Shown: piece by piece, positions 38,046 to 52,950 of the stretch
How the letters are laid out: every line of letters starts with the position of its first letter
Position numbering within the stretch: position 1 is the stretch's first letter
From: Rhynchobatus australiae
Taxonomy: Eukaryota
Direction: 5' to 3'
Assembly (NCBI GenBank): GCA_034780895.1
Contig: JAUZTB010000001.1
Span: 45,588,111-45,652,110 of the forward strand
Length of the DNA: 64,000 bases
Program-made: the position numbers and the translations under genes
The notes under the pieces: generated by a model
Databases searched by the model: none
Seen by the model: the letters and a program-made list of their open reading frames with translations, nothing else
Told to the model about the DNA's origin: nothing

Positions 38046-39874
38046 ACAGATCCCAATGTCAGACTGGATACTGAATGGTTCTTCACTCTCAGCATAACAA
38101 CATTCTTTTCAGACCAACGTCTGATATTTTACAAGAATTATAAAACAGTATTTCTTCTGCCATTGTCCAAAAAGATCAGTCTTTANNNNNNNNNNNNNNN
38201 NNNNNNNNNNNNNNNNNNNNNNNNNNNNNNNNNNNNNNNNNNNNNNNNNNNNNNNNNNNNNNNNNNNNNNNNNNNNNNNNNNNNNCAGAAACTGAAAAAT
38301 GGAAGCTTGGTAGGTAAACAATTTTAGTTTTGTTTCTGGTAAGATAGCAAATGAATGTAACTGTCATATATATTTGATGAATAGCGCCCTTTGCTTCTTA
38401 CTATGTGCTACCAGGCGACAGTCATAAGTTGCAGTAGGCTGATATACTGACCTTCTATTCGGATTAGCTTTAACATTCTGGAGCAACTATGATAAACTTC
38501 AGGTGCAAAAATTTGTATCTGCTGTATCTTGGAGGTGGGAGGTAAACATTAGTAAGACTGCGGTGGGATTATTATTAAGGCGTAGTTTTGTGTCCTGAAA
38601 TGGCGTAGATTTTACGGTTTAGTTGTGCTTTATTGCAAACAATGCCGGCTGTCATGGCATCTGCTGCCTATTTGTACACAGCGAAGTAGAGGCCTGAGCT
38701 TATATTGAATACCACGAGTCATATATTTTGTGTTCTTTGAGACGTAATGGAAAGTCTGTAAATGAGATTCAGCGAGAACAATTGCAGGTACTTACGTCAA
38801 CAGAAAATATATTCATGGGCATTTCGTGCCTTATATTTTAGTCGATGTGTTGCTTTAAAAGATGAAACAAATGTTTCCTTTGAACCTACGGATTTGTTTT
38901 TACAGTTAATTAGTATTTATTTCTTACAATGGAGGCTAAACGAGTATTCACAAACCCTTAAGTGTGCGTTAGGCTCATTTTAAGAATAAATGGTAATGAT
39001 TGATACCCTGAACAAGAACAATTATGGGTACATTTTATAAGGCAATAAATTAACACAAGTCTGACTTTCTGTATCTTTGTTAGTGTGAGGGACTGCATTA
39101 AAGTATGCTTTACATATATTGTGGATAATAGAATGCAGTAAAGTACAAGCATGATCTGGCTTTTTATTACTGGCTATTTTGCAGTGACATGCAAACGTTT
39201 TATTACCAGGGTAAAGATTAAAAGTATATTGTCAGTAAACATTTCAGTTATAATACTGAGCAGAAATGTAAAATCTTGCTGTAAGAAAAGAGAAAGGATT
39301 CTCCAAGCCAAATCATCATAAATGAAGTAGCAAAGAATGTGATCGTATCATACACCAATAAATATTCTTCAATAACTATAAATTACACTATAGGGTTTAG
39401 TGGCATACCATGACAGCTCTGTTCCTCCACCTCTCTCTAAAGGTGTAATTAAACTGTATAAATTACTGTGGCAAATACAGATGTCTTTGAAAAAGGATTT
39501 TATTAAATTGACTGGAGATATTTTACAATATGAACCTCCGCATTTATTGCTTCCGTTGCTTTTGTCATAGCGCACTTCTGGAAATTGAATTTGTGCTGTC
39601 GTCACGTGTGTAAAGTCGACGTTCGTTTCCTTTTTAAATAAATTATGCATTAAAACAATAACCTATTAATTCAGTTATTCGCCGATGACAAATGCAACGC
39701 TGTTTTACTGATGACAAAGCTGCGGTTGTGAAGCCAAGTTGCTTTTTTTTTAAACTCACTTCAACTCAGTATTCTCTACCCTTAAATTCTGATCCAGCAA
39801 AGAATCAGGCAGACAAGAATCAATGAAAACGGTTTAATTACAACTTTTTCATTAAATCGAAATAAAGTATTATG

Positions 39875-40050
39875 GTGTGGAGGGTCAAGAATTTCCAACC
39901 CTGTTATAAATCACCAGTAGTAATTCCTGAAAGGGCGCAAGGCTGCCGAGGCCAGGCGAAGATTGTAAATCTCTCCGTTTTATTGCTCTATGAACATATG
40001 CTGCGGTCGAAGTCGTCTTCGAATCCCCGTTTGATTATATTCCTCGTAAA
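39875..40050 (+). promoter_or_regulatory. Hox4-Hox3 intergenic conserved element
   Basis: GGGTCAAG...AGTAATTCCTGAAAGGGCGCAAGGCTG...GGCGAAGATTGTAAATCT...TTTTATTGC.CTATGAACATATG. Recalled as a multi-cluster conserved block. Confidence 0.55.
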
Positions 40051-41509
40051 GCCGAGTTCTCACAGTGGCAAGCATTAGCACTTAGTTGCTTTTTCTTAGT
40101 CTCCTCATAAAATTATCAGCGAGGGCATAACTTGCCGTAATAAATTGGTCTATTTACATTTGTGGGGTCGAACAATATTATAACAGGAGCTATTTCAAAG
40201 TCACAAGTATCTTTAATGATATAAAATATTTATTATCTTTACAAATTCCCAAAGCATGGTTGTCATTTTATGGACGTTCACCAGAAGATAAAGATTCGAA
40301 CTTGCTCAGCATAGTTTTGGTGGGAAAGTAATTCTTTAGCTAAACAGTGAGATGTAACCGCTTTATTTCCTTTTAAATAATTTATACTGCAGTAATTGCA
40401 AAGCAATATTTCTATAACGACCATATAGAGCCACAGAGGGTAAAGTAATTTAGATAAATGTTGCGTTAAGCCAGCGCTAGGTGCAATAAGGTCATGCATT
40501 ACTGTCAATAGAAATGTTTTTTATTGCTATTAAATTACAGACAAATGTTTTAGAGGTTAAAATAGTTTCTAGTAGCATTTAACAGAAATATTAAGCAGTT
40601 CGATAAAATGCAACTGAAAATTAATTTTCCATAACTAAAAACATTATAATTCAACAAGGCAATTGCAGGCGGGAAAAAAAACAAAATAAGAACAGAAGCA
40701 GAATGAACCATTTCCAGCGCCCAGTTGCTACTGGTTCCTGTGATTTAAAATGCCTCGCCTGAAAGAGAAAGGGAAAAATCCCGCATTAGTTCCTGCTCTA
40801 CCGATATCAATTTCACTACATAAATCTACAGTTAAGAACGATGATTAGTTTGTCTTGCCAGAAAAGAGAGTAGGTGAGATTGAGCTTCAGGGAAATATTA
40901 TCAATGCAGAGTTTTGTATTATAAAGTTTCCACTTAACTGCTTCAAACCCTAACCCGGGTAAATAGGAAATTCCTGTTCATTCGCCGGACTTTGTTGTAA
41001 AACACTCCAGAATACCTACCCGAACATAAGTTTATTTTGCTGTCATGCTGAATTTGTAATTTTCTACTCATATTCCGAGGCCAAATTATAAATAGTGCTT
41101 GAAAATGTTAAAATATTTTAAACTAAATTCAGTAATTTATGTCAATTCTTTGCCTCAGTTGCATTTATTTACGAAATCTAATTCGACAAAGGGACTCCTT
41201 TGTACGGTTGAATAAATGGGTGCAATAATTAATTCAACACGCCTGGAACAATGATGATATAGAATATATGGATCCAGAGACGGCGAAATAGCAATAATAT
41301 ACAAATCTATTGTTCAATTTAGTAAACGTGGTACCGCTCGGAAAGACGATGTCAAAGAAGTCTAACTTTACCACCTTTTTTAAGTACAGCACAGAATATT
41401 AAATTTTCACTTAACTCCCCATTAGTGTTCATGTAAGAAGTGACTCAAAGCTCCAAACTATCCATATTAAAGAGCTGTTAGTGAGGTAGCGCTGGCTCAA
41501 CTTACTGGC

Positions 41510-41940
41510 TCAATCAGAACAATCTGGTAACACAGATCACGTGAACAAATATGCCTGTATTTTAAGGCAGCGCCTATATTTTCTGATTATAAAAGGTATC
41601 CGTTGCACTATAAAATTCATAAATGGCAACATTTTAAAGGAATACATACCGGTTTATAAATACCACTTTGTCGTTGGTTGCTCGATTATAAAGTCTCGAT
41701 TTAGATTTAAAGCAAAAACACCTCTGTACGCCGTTTTTATTGGTAGTTGTTCCTGAGACTGAAGCCATTTCTATCGGGAATACCGTCTGCTTTTCGTATC
41801 GAAATGTCTGTAAAGCCGCAAGATCTGGTTTAAGACAGCATTGTCTGCAGACAAACGGCAGAGGATATTATTCGCAGCTGCAGGCTAAGAGATTGTGTTT
41901 GGGAAGCACAGATTTATGATAAATTGACACACAGGTAAGC
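41510..41940 (+). promoter_or_regulatory. HoxD3 upstream promoter and non-coding first exon (donor after 41934)
   Basis: TCACGTGAACAAATATGC.TGTA..TAAGGCAGCGCCTAT...TTATAAAAGG is the conserved Hox3 promoter with a TATA-like box. Donor CAG|GTAAGC at 41934/41935; acceptor ttttgtttcataacctccag| at 50323 ahead of the HoxD3 ATG. Confidence 0.7.
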
Positions 41941-43067
41941 AATCGCATGATAAAATGCAACCTTTGGCAGTAAGTTTGCATAATCCCTGCAGCAGAAGGG
42001 CATATTGTTCTTTCCAAATTGCATGAAATTCTGATACAAACGTGCACTCTTTCCATTTCTGTAGAAGCAGATAAGAAAAATGATTTTGTAGCAAAAAAAG
42101 TCGATTTTAAAGAACATTTTGCTGTTTCACGAAAGTGCGCCATTTGAGAAAGGTTAGATCGGGCAAACCAGAGCAGTCCCAGATTTGTCTTGTGGTTGTA
42201 TTTTAGCTGATTGTGCAGTTTTATGTAAAATGAAAACGAAATAAAAAGGCACAGAAACCCAGGGAACTTTTCAAACTGTCACAAGCAAACTTAGATCGTA
42301 AATCACATTAATTTGTTGTCTCTAGCTTATCGTCAGGCTGCAGTCTTCTGTGATTTATGCGTTTCAGAAATATATTGCGGGCTAAAGTTATTGCGGCAGC
42401 CTGTATAAATTATTTCTCAATTAAGGTTATTGTAGTTCAAGGAAAACAATTTGTGAATTTCGAGGAACTTAGTATAACAGTAGTTCAAAATTTATTAAGT
42501 ACAAAAGATCGAGTATTATTTCATCTTATTGCGGTCACGTCAGAGGATAATCTCTGCAACTGATTAACTTCAACATTTTTGTAATTATACACTTCGTTTG
42601 ACCAGCTTTTGTAAAAGATGAAATCATCCCGTTTTGATTCCATTTGCAAATAATTAGGAACCGTTTCAGTGGAATTTAAATGCTAAATGTTAACGTAGTT
42701 CTTTTTTCCCCTTCCAGTTCCAGAAGCGCATTCACTTACTATCTAGAATACAGCTGTATTACTTCCCATCTTAAAGTACAAAGTGCCTTGTAATTTCCAC
42801 GCCTAGACATAATACCTTGATGTTATTCCCGTACCTAAGATGCTGTTTGGATATGGGTAAAACGTAGGATCTAAAGTATGATTGAAGTTGCTGTTTTTAA
42901 AATAAAATCCATTAAACAGTACATCTATTGTATTAATCGGTGTAATTATGAAGGGAGTTCCACTAATTTCTTTAATGTAAAAGGTGCATTAAGTTATCTA
43001 GATCGTTGTGTCTGCATCTGTTTGCGGCATTTTCTCAGAATGTCCACAGGTATTAAACTTGTGTCGT

Positions 43068-43127
43068 TGTGTGTGTGTGTGTGTGTGTGGGTGTGTGTGT
43101 GTGTGTGTGTTTGTGTGTGTGCGCGCG
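43068..43127. repeat. (TG)n microsatellite ending in (GC)n
   Basis: Read directly from the sequence. Confidence 0.9.
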
Positions 43128-44059
43128 CTCTTCGGTCGGTTAAAAAAAACTTTTGAGTCGAACATTTTTCATTGCTGCATGCCTCGAAGCTGCTGGTCTG
43201 CCATGTTAGTCAGCTAAATCCAATTACTGTGAGTAGCATTTCATTTTGCTCGATGGGGCCACTCACTTATAACTTCACCTAAAATTTCAATAAACATCTC
43301 TACTGCTCTCGCCATGATAACTTTCAACATTTGCCTGATAGTCTGGCTTTAAACTTTTCATCTCTGAATAAAGTCAAAACTTTTCAGGCCCCAGTACAGT
43401 AACTGCCTTGGACTTAGAGGTGCACCCGGCTGCGGTAGATTCTGGTGGGCGGTGAACGTAATAAGCACATAAATATTCCCGACTTTTTCCTGCCAGCCCA
43501 GTTTAGCAATTTAATAAAGTGACGAAGAAAGTTTCCAAAACTTTCCATGTACTTATTTTACTAACGCTATTTACATGATTAGACTGCTTATAAGGTTTTA
43601 GGGCCACAGTATTAGAGCTCGCTCGCACTTCTGCGAAATTAATAAGCAAGATGATTAAAAACTTACCGTTCAGACCATGGCTGAGCACATTTATCAAAAC
43701 CACCTGAAAGCAACCAACTGTTTAAAGTTTGTCCAGCTTACTGGTTTCCTTGGAAAGTAGCGAGTTTACTCTGCAAATACTTACTTCCAGTGATTACAGA
43801 GAAATAAAAGCTTATAAATTGACGTATGGCCACGTGAATACATTACACACATTATGGTGGGAGGCATTGGATCCAGGACCTAATGCCTTGACGACTGTGA
43901 TTTGGATCCTCTTCTAACTTCAAATTATATCGACACAAGTTGGTGATGCTAGTTTGTAAGGTGCTGCGTCTTAGTGGGATTAAAGAGGGATAGAGAAACC
44001 ATGGTGAAGTTGTGTGATGGGCTGTATTGTGAGGTAGTGGAGGCGCTTCCGTTGGTTGT

Positions 44060-44140
44060 TCATTAAGTGGTGAGTTATTGCTGTATAAGCCAAAGGTCAT
44101 TTCAAAGGCTTATGACTCTTACATTTTGTCAGCTAATGAC
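44060..44140 (+). promoter_or_regulatory. Conserved element upstream of Hox3 (AAAGGTCA nuclear-receptor half-site plus TTCAAAG Tcf site)
   Basis: GAGTTATTGCTGTATAAGCCAAAGGTCATTTCAAAGGCTTATGAC. Conservation is recalled, function inferred. Confidence 0.45.
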
Positions 44141-45363
44141 TGGGATTTCTTTGTGCATTTGATCTGCCACAGTTGCTATTTTTCTTAAGTGTATTTCTAA
44201 ATTAAAGCATGCATTTTAAATCGGTATAATATTCAGTGGTACAATTTCTGCACGGCCAGCTTCGGTGTATGTTCTATCTGCCTCTTTCACGGGAATTTGG
44301 AATTTGGAGCCTACTTGGAGGCTCCAGGAGTGCTATGTTATTGTATTTTAGTGACTTTTTGTATAACCAAGCTGTTTCTGTTATTGTGAATATGCCCAAT
44401 CGATATAAAATAATACGTACGTGATGTTTGGTATCCAAATGACAAAGCATAACCGCCTGTCAATATAATACATTATTCATGAGTTTTATATATGGCGCCA
44501 GGCTCTTTCTCGCAATCCTCCATATTTGTATTGTTTTGTGCGTTTATGTTAAAATGTTCGACAACACCGACAAGTTTTCATGAAATACACATATCTAAAC
44601 ATCAACGGGAAAATAAATAATTATAGAAAGGAGGAATATTGATATCGTCAGGTTGGAGTAGGTTTGAGGAAACTGAAAGACTACACGATACAAATTCGAG
44701 ATTTTTATTCAATACGTTGTTTAGGCCCGTCTTCTATGAAAAGATCTCCACAGATATACTTTTCTAGAAACTTGTATAAATCCACCCTTAAGGGACGCTT
44801 CTGAATCTCTAATTGCGAGTTTGGATACAAAATCCTCGATGCTATTAATACATTTATCATTCGACAGTAACACTTTGAATTAAGAAAACCGCTTGACATA
44901 AATGTTTGGTTATTGTCTTCAAATTCTCATGAAGCTTAATTTGTCAAATAATTCCCCAAAAATTCAAATTCTAATCTTTACCATTATTAAACCTACTTAA
45001 CCCGTTCTTTCACTTTTTAAAAATTCACTGACAACGTGACTCCCAGTCATTAATCATACAACATTGCAATCAGTAACACTTTGTTTCTAATTTTCGAAGG
45101 AAAAATAATGCTTAGTTTATTTCTGCTTTTGTTTAAAAAATAATCAAATGCAATAGTTATTTTGTTAAAGCCCACAAGGAAGCATTGTTTTTAAGACTTC
45201 TTAATACAAACAATAAAACATTTCTTATTAAAAAATGAATCTTCGCCGACTGCTGATGGTTGTTTTCTTTGATAGGATCCGGTGAGATGGCCTGAAATAT
45301 ATGTGATATACAAAAATATTATTAGTGCATTTGAAAAAAAACTGTAATTACATTTTCTTTCAG

Positions 45364-45443
45364 AACAAAGCCAGCGGCCCCTGGTCAATCCGGACAAATT
45401 CCAAATTCAATCCAAAGAAAAGCAGATAGAAACATTGCGTGTG
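45364..45443 (+). other. Candidate 80-nt internal non-coding exon of the HoxD3 5'UTR
   Basis: Acceptor attttctttcag| and donor GTG|GTGAGT flank a GC-richer segment between the upstream promoter and the coding exon. Confidence 0.4.
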
Positions 45444-47779
45444 GTGAGTTGTTTGATTTTTGCTCCTTTTTGCTTTTAACCACACTGAAATCGGTGCTCC
45501 TTTGGATTCTGTGTGTAATTGAGATTTGCCAGTGGAGAACTAGTTCGTAATTTTATGTCATGGCCATGAGAAAACATATAGAATAAACGAAACACGTTGT
45601 TTGAACAGGCAGGGGACGCGATCTTTGGATTCTTTATGTATGGCTCTTCTCGAGTTATCTGTCATGAATCTGTATCTACTTCGTGCTGGAACCATAACTT
45701 TCGTAAACTGATCGGTAATTCTAATAGCTAGGGTTGCATCTGTTAACACTTTTAATATGTAGATCATATAGGCCTTCGCTACAGCCAATAGAATTGAAAA
45801 TAAGATAAAGTGAGCATTTGCTTAAACTCACCACTTTACTGCTATTCTTCATGCACAGAATGAGAAATGTCTGTAGTCGGTCTTTAAATCTGGGCCCGTT
45901 TCGTTAAGCCTGCATTATTTATCTAGGAGAAAGATTTATGAAGTCTTGGAAAGTGATTCTTTCAAACTGTAATGTTGCCTCCCTCCCGTTACTTTTACTC
46001 CCGTCCTGGTTACATTGTTGCTTAATCTTTCTCATTAAATACAAAATAGCATATTCGTTTTCATCAAATTTCCTTCTTTTACATCTTACACCAGTCTTAG
46101 TTAAGGGATCGACACATTTGCTTTATACAAAAGTACATAGTTTATAGTTTAATTCAATTACACGGTAGACTCGTAAAACTCGCACATATTGTAATTTGGA
46201 TATAAGAGCAACATACTTCACAGGCTGTCCACAGTAAACCCGAATAAAGCAAACTTCCTAAAAATAAGTTGAAAGGTGAATCGGGATGCATGTTTCTATT
46301 ATGTGATCTCTCTAGCAGCCTGGATTGCTATACCAGGGTCCTGCAAAGAGTACCGAAATAATTCCACTTTAAATCCAAGTTCTTAAACATCTACGCAGCA
46401 GGAACCAGCCGCAGATTTGGAGGAGATTGCGTGATTCAATTTGAAATATGGGCAGATGTGCCGAGCCAGCCGAATTCCTTGTCAGAAATGACCCGCAAAG
46501 TATAAACAAAATCAATATTGTTAGATTCCAAAAATAATCCTCTTCTCGCGAGCAATGGCTGGGGGCAATAAATGTTTTCGTAGGGATTTTAACAAAACAT
46601 ATCACATGATTAAACAAATTGTAGTATGTTACGTTTAAAGCACTAAGCAGATTACATTTCACTGAATATGCCCGCTAGTCGCTGAGTATAACAGAATAAA
46701 AACATACGTTTTCAGTTTCCCCCTTTTTTCTAACTTCATACCTGAAATCAAACATTTGATTTCAAATTTGGCTCCCAGCTTGCATTTATCAAGGACAATT
46801 TTCAAATCCTCCAGCTCGTGCCATGAGATTCTGCTACATGTGAAAAGTTTGTCAGCTAAAACGTATTTAAAACTCCTGGACTACTTTCAATGCCTTATAT
46901 AAAATCCTACAAGAGCTGGCGAAACGCCTCGTAGGTAAGAAACTTGCGGAGTATGGACATTCTTTTTCTGGCCTTTCCTCCTACGCTCTTGCTATTTTAC
47001 ACTTCTGAAGATAGCAGCTCTTTGGAAAGTGTTTTTTCCCATTCTGTAGTGAAGCGTTTACGACTATGGCACAAGCAGCCATAAATTTTGCGTAGCACAT
47101 AATGACAGGTGCATTGATATGCACTGCGAGGATTCTGGCTTCTTAATAACATTAAATTGCCCACCCTTAGGAGATAGCTTTTAAATTCTTAGGCTAATCG
47201 GCTACTCTATTAATACATGACTGAAAGTTAAAATAAAACGGAAGTAGTTATTTGCTTGGTGTTTGANNNNNAGCCTTATACAAATGAAACAGTACCAGAA
47301 CGATTAAATAGTTGGCCAAAACACAGGGAATTATAGATAGGTAATCTATAACAAATGGCGTAATTCTGATGTCTCTTTGCGAATAGAGCGATGTCACAGA
47401 AGTTTAACTTGTGTTACACCGCCCTCCACATGGGACTTGAAATTTTCGTCAATAGGAAATGGAAAGTTAGCTCATTGTCCTTCCATCGGTTTATGGAACA
47501 GCACCGTCCCCTCCTTCGGGCTTCTAGTTTTCGTCATTTTGAACTTACATTTTACACTTATGCTAACAAAAGACATCTAATAACTTGCTGCTTTATTTTT
47601 CGGCCACGCGTTCCGTGATTGTAGATCGTGTATCTGAGAACGCACCGAAAAAAGTGATGGTCCATACCAAGGTGTTACTTATCAAACCCCTGTATTAGGT
47701 GATGCACCCTTGCATTTAGAAAACATGTAAGGTAAGAAAGATCTGAAAGATGAACGCAGAAACAGTTGACCATTGTCCA

Positions 47780-47830
47780 AGTGATTTATGGCCCATGGCT
47801 GCGATTTAGGTTCAAGCAGAGTTCACAAGC
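47780..47830 (+). promoter_or_regulatory. Hox3 5' enhancer: Pbx/Hox site TGATTTATGG (47782) plus DR5 RARE (47809-47825)
   Basis: GGTTCA agcag AGTTCA is a perfect DR5, matching the conserved PG3 RARE about 2.5 kb upstream of the ATG. Confidence 0.85.
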
Positions 47831-50376
47831 AGTTGGTGTTTCTGAGCCAGATTTGCAGCTTCACCACAGTCTTTTCACATTACCTTAATATTAATGTTAG
47901 TTTTGATTTTCTAAAGATAACACTTTCAAATGCACTACAATCGAGGACGCTGGTTGTGGTGGCGAAGGTTCAGACCCCATGGCAGTAAATAATACTGGGT
48001 TACTTTCTTATCTCTCACACATAATGCTGATTAGATGGAGAGACGGGGTGGGGCAAATAGAAATGTAATTAGATTTCAGATAAAAAGTCAAGCAAAGGGC
48101 AGAAATCTAATGCCAAATTTATTAAGCTAAAATGGCGAGCATGGATATGACGAGAAATCTGGGGAGCAGAATACAATAAAATATATCGAAATGCCTCGAA
48201 ACAGGTAACGCAAGCACGAAAGGAAAATAAAACATTGAATTACTTCTTTGAAAAGAACAGCAGAGATGTGCACGTGTGCCGAGCTGCAACTTTGGAGGCC
48301 GCAGATCATAAACCTCATATTTCATGTAATGTCAGGTCTTGTATGGCTGAAGGCTTTTTTCCAAATGAATAGAAAATCTATTTGTGACGTGATATAGTAG
48401 CCAGATAAGTCATACGTCCAATACTTGTGACGGTTTATACAACAATGTTTTATTTTAATGGTTTCAGAGACTACGATTTGAAACTTAAATCCAGGCCAAT
48501 CATCTTCGTGTTATGTTTCAAGTTTATGTATTTCACTACGATTTGTTTTAATGTGGTTTTGACCATTTAATTCTAATCACAGCAATAACCTTCCAGTTTA
48601 ATACATAACTTACGGCAATCTAAACGAAAACAAGGCACTTGCTTCAATCAAAAGGGCCTGATTTTATTGCTGACCACAACAACCAACCCCCAACCCTCCA
48701 CCACCACCTCCCCCCCACGCCCCCCACGCCCCACACCGCCCAGTTCAGGCAGACATCGGCCTTTTGGGAGGTTTTCTTACTACGTCAGGTTAATTCTGTT
48801 TTAAAAGGCTTTTGCCAAGCGTTTGCGAGAAGTTAAATGTAATTAGCTTGCTAATGCCTTTGCAAATAACTAAAGAACGTTCGTCTGATTGGCACTAGGG
48901 TGGAAAAAGTGCACATATAAATACATATTTAAAGTCTATATTATAAATTGTGATCTCTCAGTTTGCTTATATGTGACATCGTTTATTTAGCTAGCTTTTG
49001 GTCCAGTTTCAAAAGTCTAATTTTGTCTGAATTCGGTTCCAATATCATAAAACGTCCGTTGACTGAAAAGTTGATGGTTCGTTAATACTAAAAAAAATAC
49101 ATTCATTCGCGTTTTATGTTTCGGTTTAGCTGGCATTTGTGTTTGTTTATCATAAATATATTGAAATAGGTTTATCCAATAATATGTTATTTTGTAGACA
49201 AAGGCATAACTTAAAGATGCTGTAACAGCAGAGTGCAAATGGGAAATGCTGACTTAGGTATTTCTCTGTTTTAATTAGAACAAAGAGTTTGAATAGATGC
49301 TAGTTATACTTTAACTACAATGCCTATCCCCTGTCATAAAGTAAAACGTGCAACAGAAAGGAACATTCGCTTAAAACAAACCTCTCTTACGTTGAAGAAA
49401 AAGAAGCCAACAATGGTGAGAGTACACTTCGCTGGTTTTTCAGGTTTTGGAACTGGTCCGATCCATCATGTCGTGTGTAACAGCGTCCAGATCACAGAAT
49501 AAAACGGTCTGTACCCACAGCAAATGCTGCAGGCAAATAAGTCGCCTGTGACTGTGGTTTTTTCGCTCTTTTTAAAAGGGGCCTTTTTGTTTCTCACCAT
49601 TATAAAAATGGCCTCAATCAGTGAAGTCAACTGGAATAGCACTGTGTGTCCCACCGAAATCCACTTCTATCAAGCATGACAGCGACATATCTAGCGTTCT
49701 GTAATTTCCATTAACTTTGAGGTTATGGAATAAGGAAACAGTATAACGTTTGTTTTTTTTTTGTTTCTACATTATGTGATATATTTCAGATGGTACAGCT
49801 CATCACTTTTCTTAACATTCCTTTATATTATTAATTGGTAAATGAATGAAAATAGAGGCATTATAAACGGATAGTCGTCTGTAGTGGATCTTAGTAAGTG
49901 GATAATGCAGTGTACATTCAAACAATAATAATAAATTGCCATAGAAGTGGAATGCCATTGTAATTATTCATACATCTTTTGAACTATGAACATTTTATAC
50001 AGTGTGTGCAAATTATCACTAAGAGCTGAGTATACAAACTGAAGCTATTTGCTTGCAACTCAGGAAAGCACCAACTTTTAAATCTATTAGAAAATTATAA
50101 TACTCTCCCTGAAATTGTCACATAATGTATTTTACATTTCACCAACTTATTAATTGTCTCAGAAAATAATAAGTCTCAAACTTGTAGGAGAAGAAATGAC
50201 CAAATCTGCTAATGGCAGGATTATGACATGTTTTTCATGGGATTTTTTAATTTTATTTTATAGGCTGAATTAATTATGTACCTAACGTTTCACTCTTATT
50301 GTGTTTTGTTTCATAACCTCCAGGAGCTCTGCATTCTGACGATTGTTGTAAACGTGCTGTGTGATCAAAGGTGTCA

Positions 50377-52950
50377 ATGCTATTCGATAAGGGTGTCAAG
50401 ACCCTGTCATTTCAAAATAGCGAGATGCAAAAAACAACTTATTATGACAACTCTGGAATATTTAGTGGTTACTCCTACCAAAAATCTAATACATACAACT
50501 ACAGCTCTAGTCATCAAGCCTACCCACCATCATCTGTTGACAATGATTATCAGAACTCAACGTGCCCAATTCAAACATCCAATGCTAGAGCCCCAACCCA
50601 TAAGCCCACTGATATAAATGGCAGCTGTATGAGAACGAGTGGCAGTCAAGGCACTGCCCAACTTCCAAGCATCAGTGAGCCACAACAGCCACCTCCTTTG
50701 CCACCTTCACCCAATGGAAGCAACACTGCAACTCAGAAAAGAACCAAGTCCATTCCAAATTCTTCCACCAGCCCAGCTGCCACACTTACCAAGCAAATCT
50801 TCCCATGGATGAAAGAATCTCGACAAAATGCCAAGCAGAAAAACAACTGCACAGTTGCAGGTATCTTTCTGTAGTATATTTTTTGTACTTTAAACTGCAT
50901 CAAGTATCTTAAAAATTGGAAAGTTTATCAAAGAATGTCACATGTTGGTGAGAGTACTTTCCTTCCACTTTGTAGCTAATAGATGAAAAAGGTAAAGAAC
51001 CATCCAGAGCTTTTTCACAACCTTCTGTAAATTTTCTTGCATTTAGTGGTCTTAGTAAAGATATAGACAAACTAAAATATATTTAGTTGAATAAATAACA
51101 GTTCCTAAGATAATTAATTGAGAGAATGAGGATTGGCAGGCACTTTTAAAAATGTAGGCTTTTCTGTTAGGTTCCTGGAATTCTAATTTATGCATTTCTT
51201 GGAAATAGCTCAAATTATTCCACTTGATCTCAGTGGACATAGCTATAGGCAGACAAGTCCTAACAAAATACTCCAGTGTAAAGATTTTGCTTGTATCTCT
51301 TCTATATCTCCATTAGTTTGAACTAACTTAAACTCATCTTACACTTTCATTCATTTACAATGCCTGAAAACTTAGAAGGTTGAAATCATTTGACCTCGGT
51401 ATACTTTAAATGTCTGATTGCACTGGAAAACATACTTCATATCCAAATTACATTCTGATGGGAGCTCTCATTTGGTATCACTGTGATTGACAATAGCTAT
51501 ACATTTTCAATATTTACAAAAAATGCACATTTAGACCACAAGTCACAGCATCATCTGTTCTATGGAAAAATTGACTTTTACTTTACAAACTATCCGTAAA
51601 AGGGGACCTTTTCTTCTCTCTTATAATATTTTGTTTGGAGTGTATTTACTGGTTATCCCTAGTTTCAGATAGTTACCTTCATCAGACAGACTAAATGCAA
51701 GCTGGGAACAACAAAAAGCAAGTTTTATATTGCAATATTCAGAGTAATTTCTTAAGTATATATTCTCATTTAAATTAATTTGCATGAAAGTCATATTTTA
51801 TCATGTTAATGACATTTCTGGTGGAAACTCCCAAAACTGCATTTAGCATTTGGAGTTATGTATTAATGATATTAAACATTTCACATTTACAGTGTGTAAT
51901 ATCTGTTTTGGGCCCAGGATATCCCAAAGTTGATAACACTAGTGGTGTTACTAACTCTTGCAGTGTGGTAAATTATATGTTACTTTGTTACTGTATTTAT
52001 TACCTGTGGGTTATATTTATACCTCTTACACAGTCAGCCCTGGCAATATGTGGTAGTCTGGAGAAGGAAAATGTTTGAAGAATTGTTTTTCCTTCATAAC
52101 TGTATTAGTTCCATATCAGAATAATTATATTGCAGAGATCTGTATGGAGAATGTGTGTTTGTACATTTATGTATAGGTATTAATATGTTTTCATTCTGTA
52201 GGAGACAACTGTGAGGATAAAAGCCCACCAGGCCCAGCCTCCAAGAGAGTCCGTACAGCCTATACTAGTGCACAATTGGTTGAATTGGAAAAGGAGTTTC
52301 ATTTTAATCGTTACCTGTGTCGTCCTCGCCNNNNNNNNNNNNNNNNNNNNTTAAATCTAACTGAACGGCAGATAAAGATTTGGTTCCAAAACAGAAGAAT
52401 GAAGTACAAAAAAGATCAAAAGGCCAAAGGGATCATGCACTCGCCAGTTGGACAGTCTCCAGACAGAAGTCCACTTCTAAATGCTCCAAATAATATTGGA
52501 TTCTCAAACCAGCTCCCCACTGTCAACACTTTGAATTACGAAGCTCATTCTCCAACATCCTTCACCAAATCTCAGCAAAATATGTATGGCTTGGCTGCTT
52601 ACACAGCACCTCTTAATAGCTGCCTACCCCAGCAGAAAAGGTATCCAGGCGCAGAGTATGACCATCATACAATGCAGGGCAATGGTGGCTATGCCAACCA
52701 TAATTTGCAAAGCAGCCCTGTGTATGTTGGAGGAAACTTTGTTGATTCGATGCCAGCTTCTGGTCCGATGTTCAACCTTAGTCATCTTCCTCATCCTTCA
52801 TCAGCCACTGTGGACTATAGTTGTGCTGCTCAAATACCAGGCAATCACCACCATGGACCATGTGATCCCCATCCCACGTATACAGATCTGACTACTCATC
52901 ACACAGCTCAGGGAAGAATTCAAGAAGCACCCAAACTAACACATCTGTAA
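50377..52950 (+). CDS. HOXD3: Homeobox protein Hox-D3, join(50377..50860,52202..52950), 410 aa including a 20-nt N-run inside the homeobox
   Basis: MLFDKG...[11 protein letters not shown] (D3-type N-extension), [51 protein letters not shown]...[28 protein letters not shown]-terminal [13 protein letters not shown]. The 20 Ns preserve the frame and fit the expected RVEMANL. Confidence 0.96.
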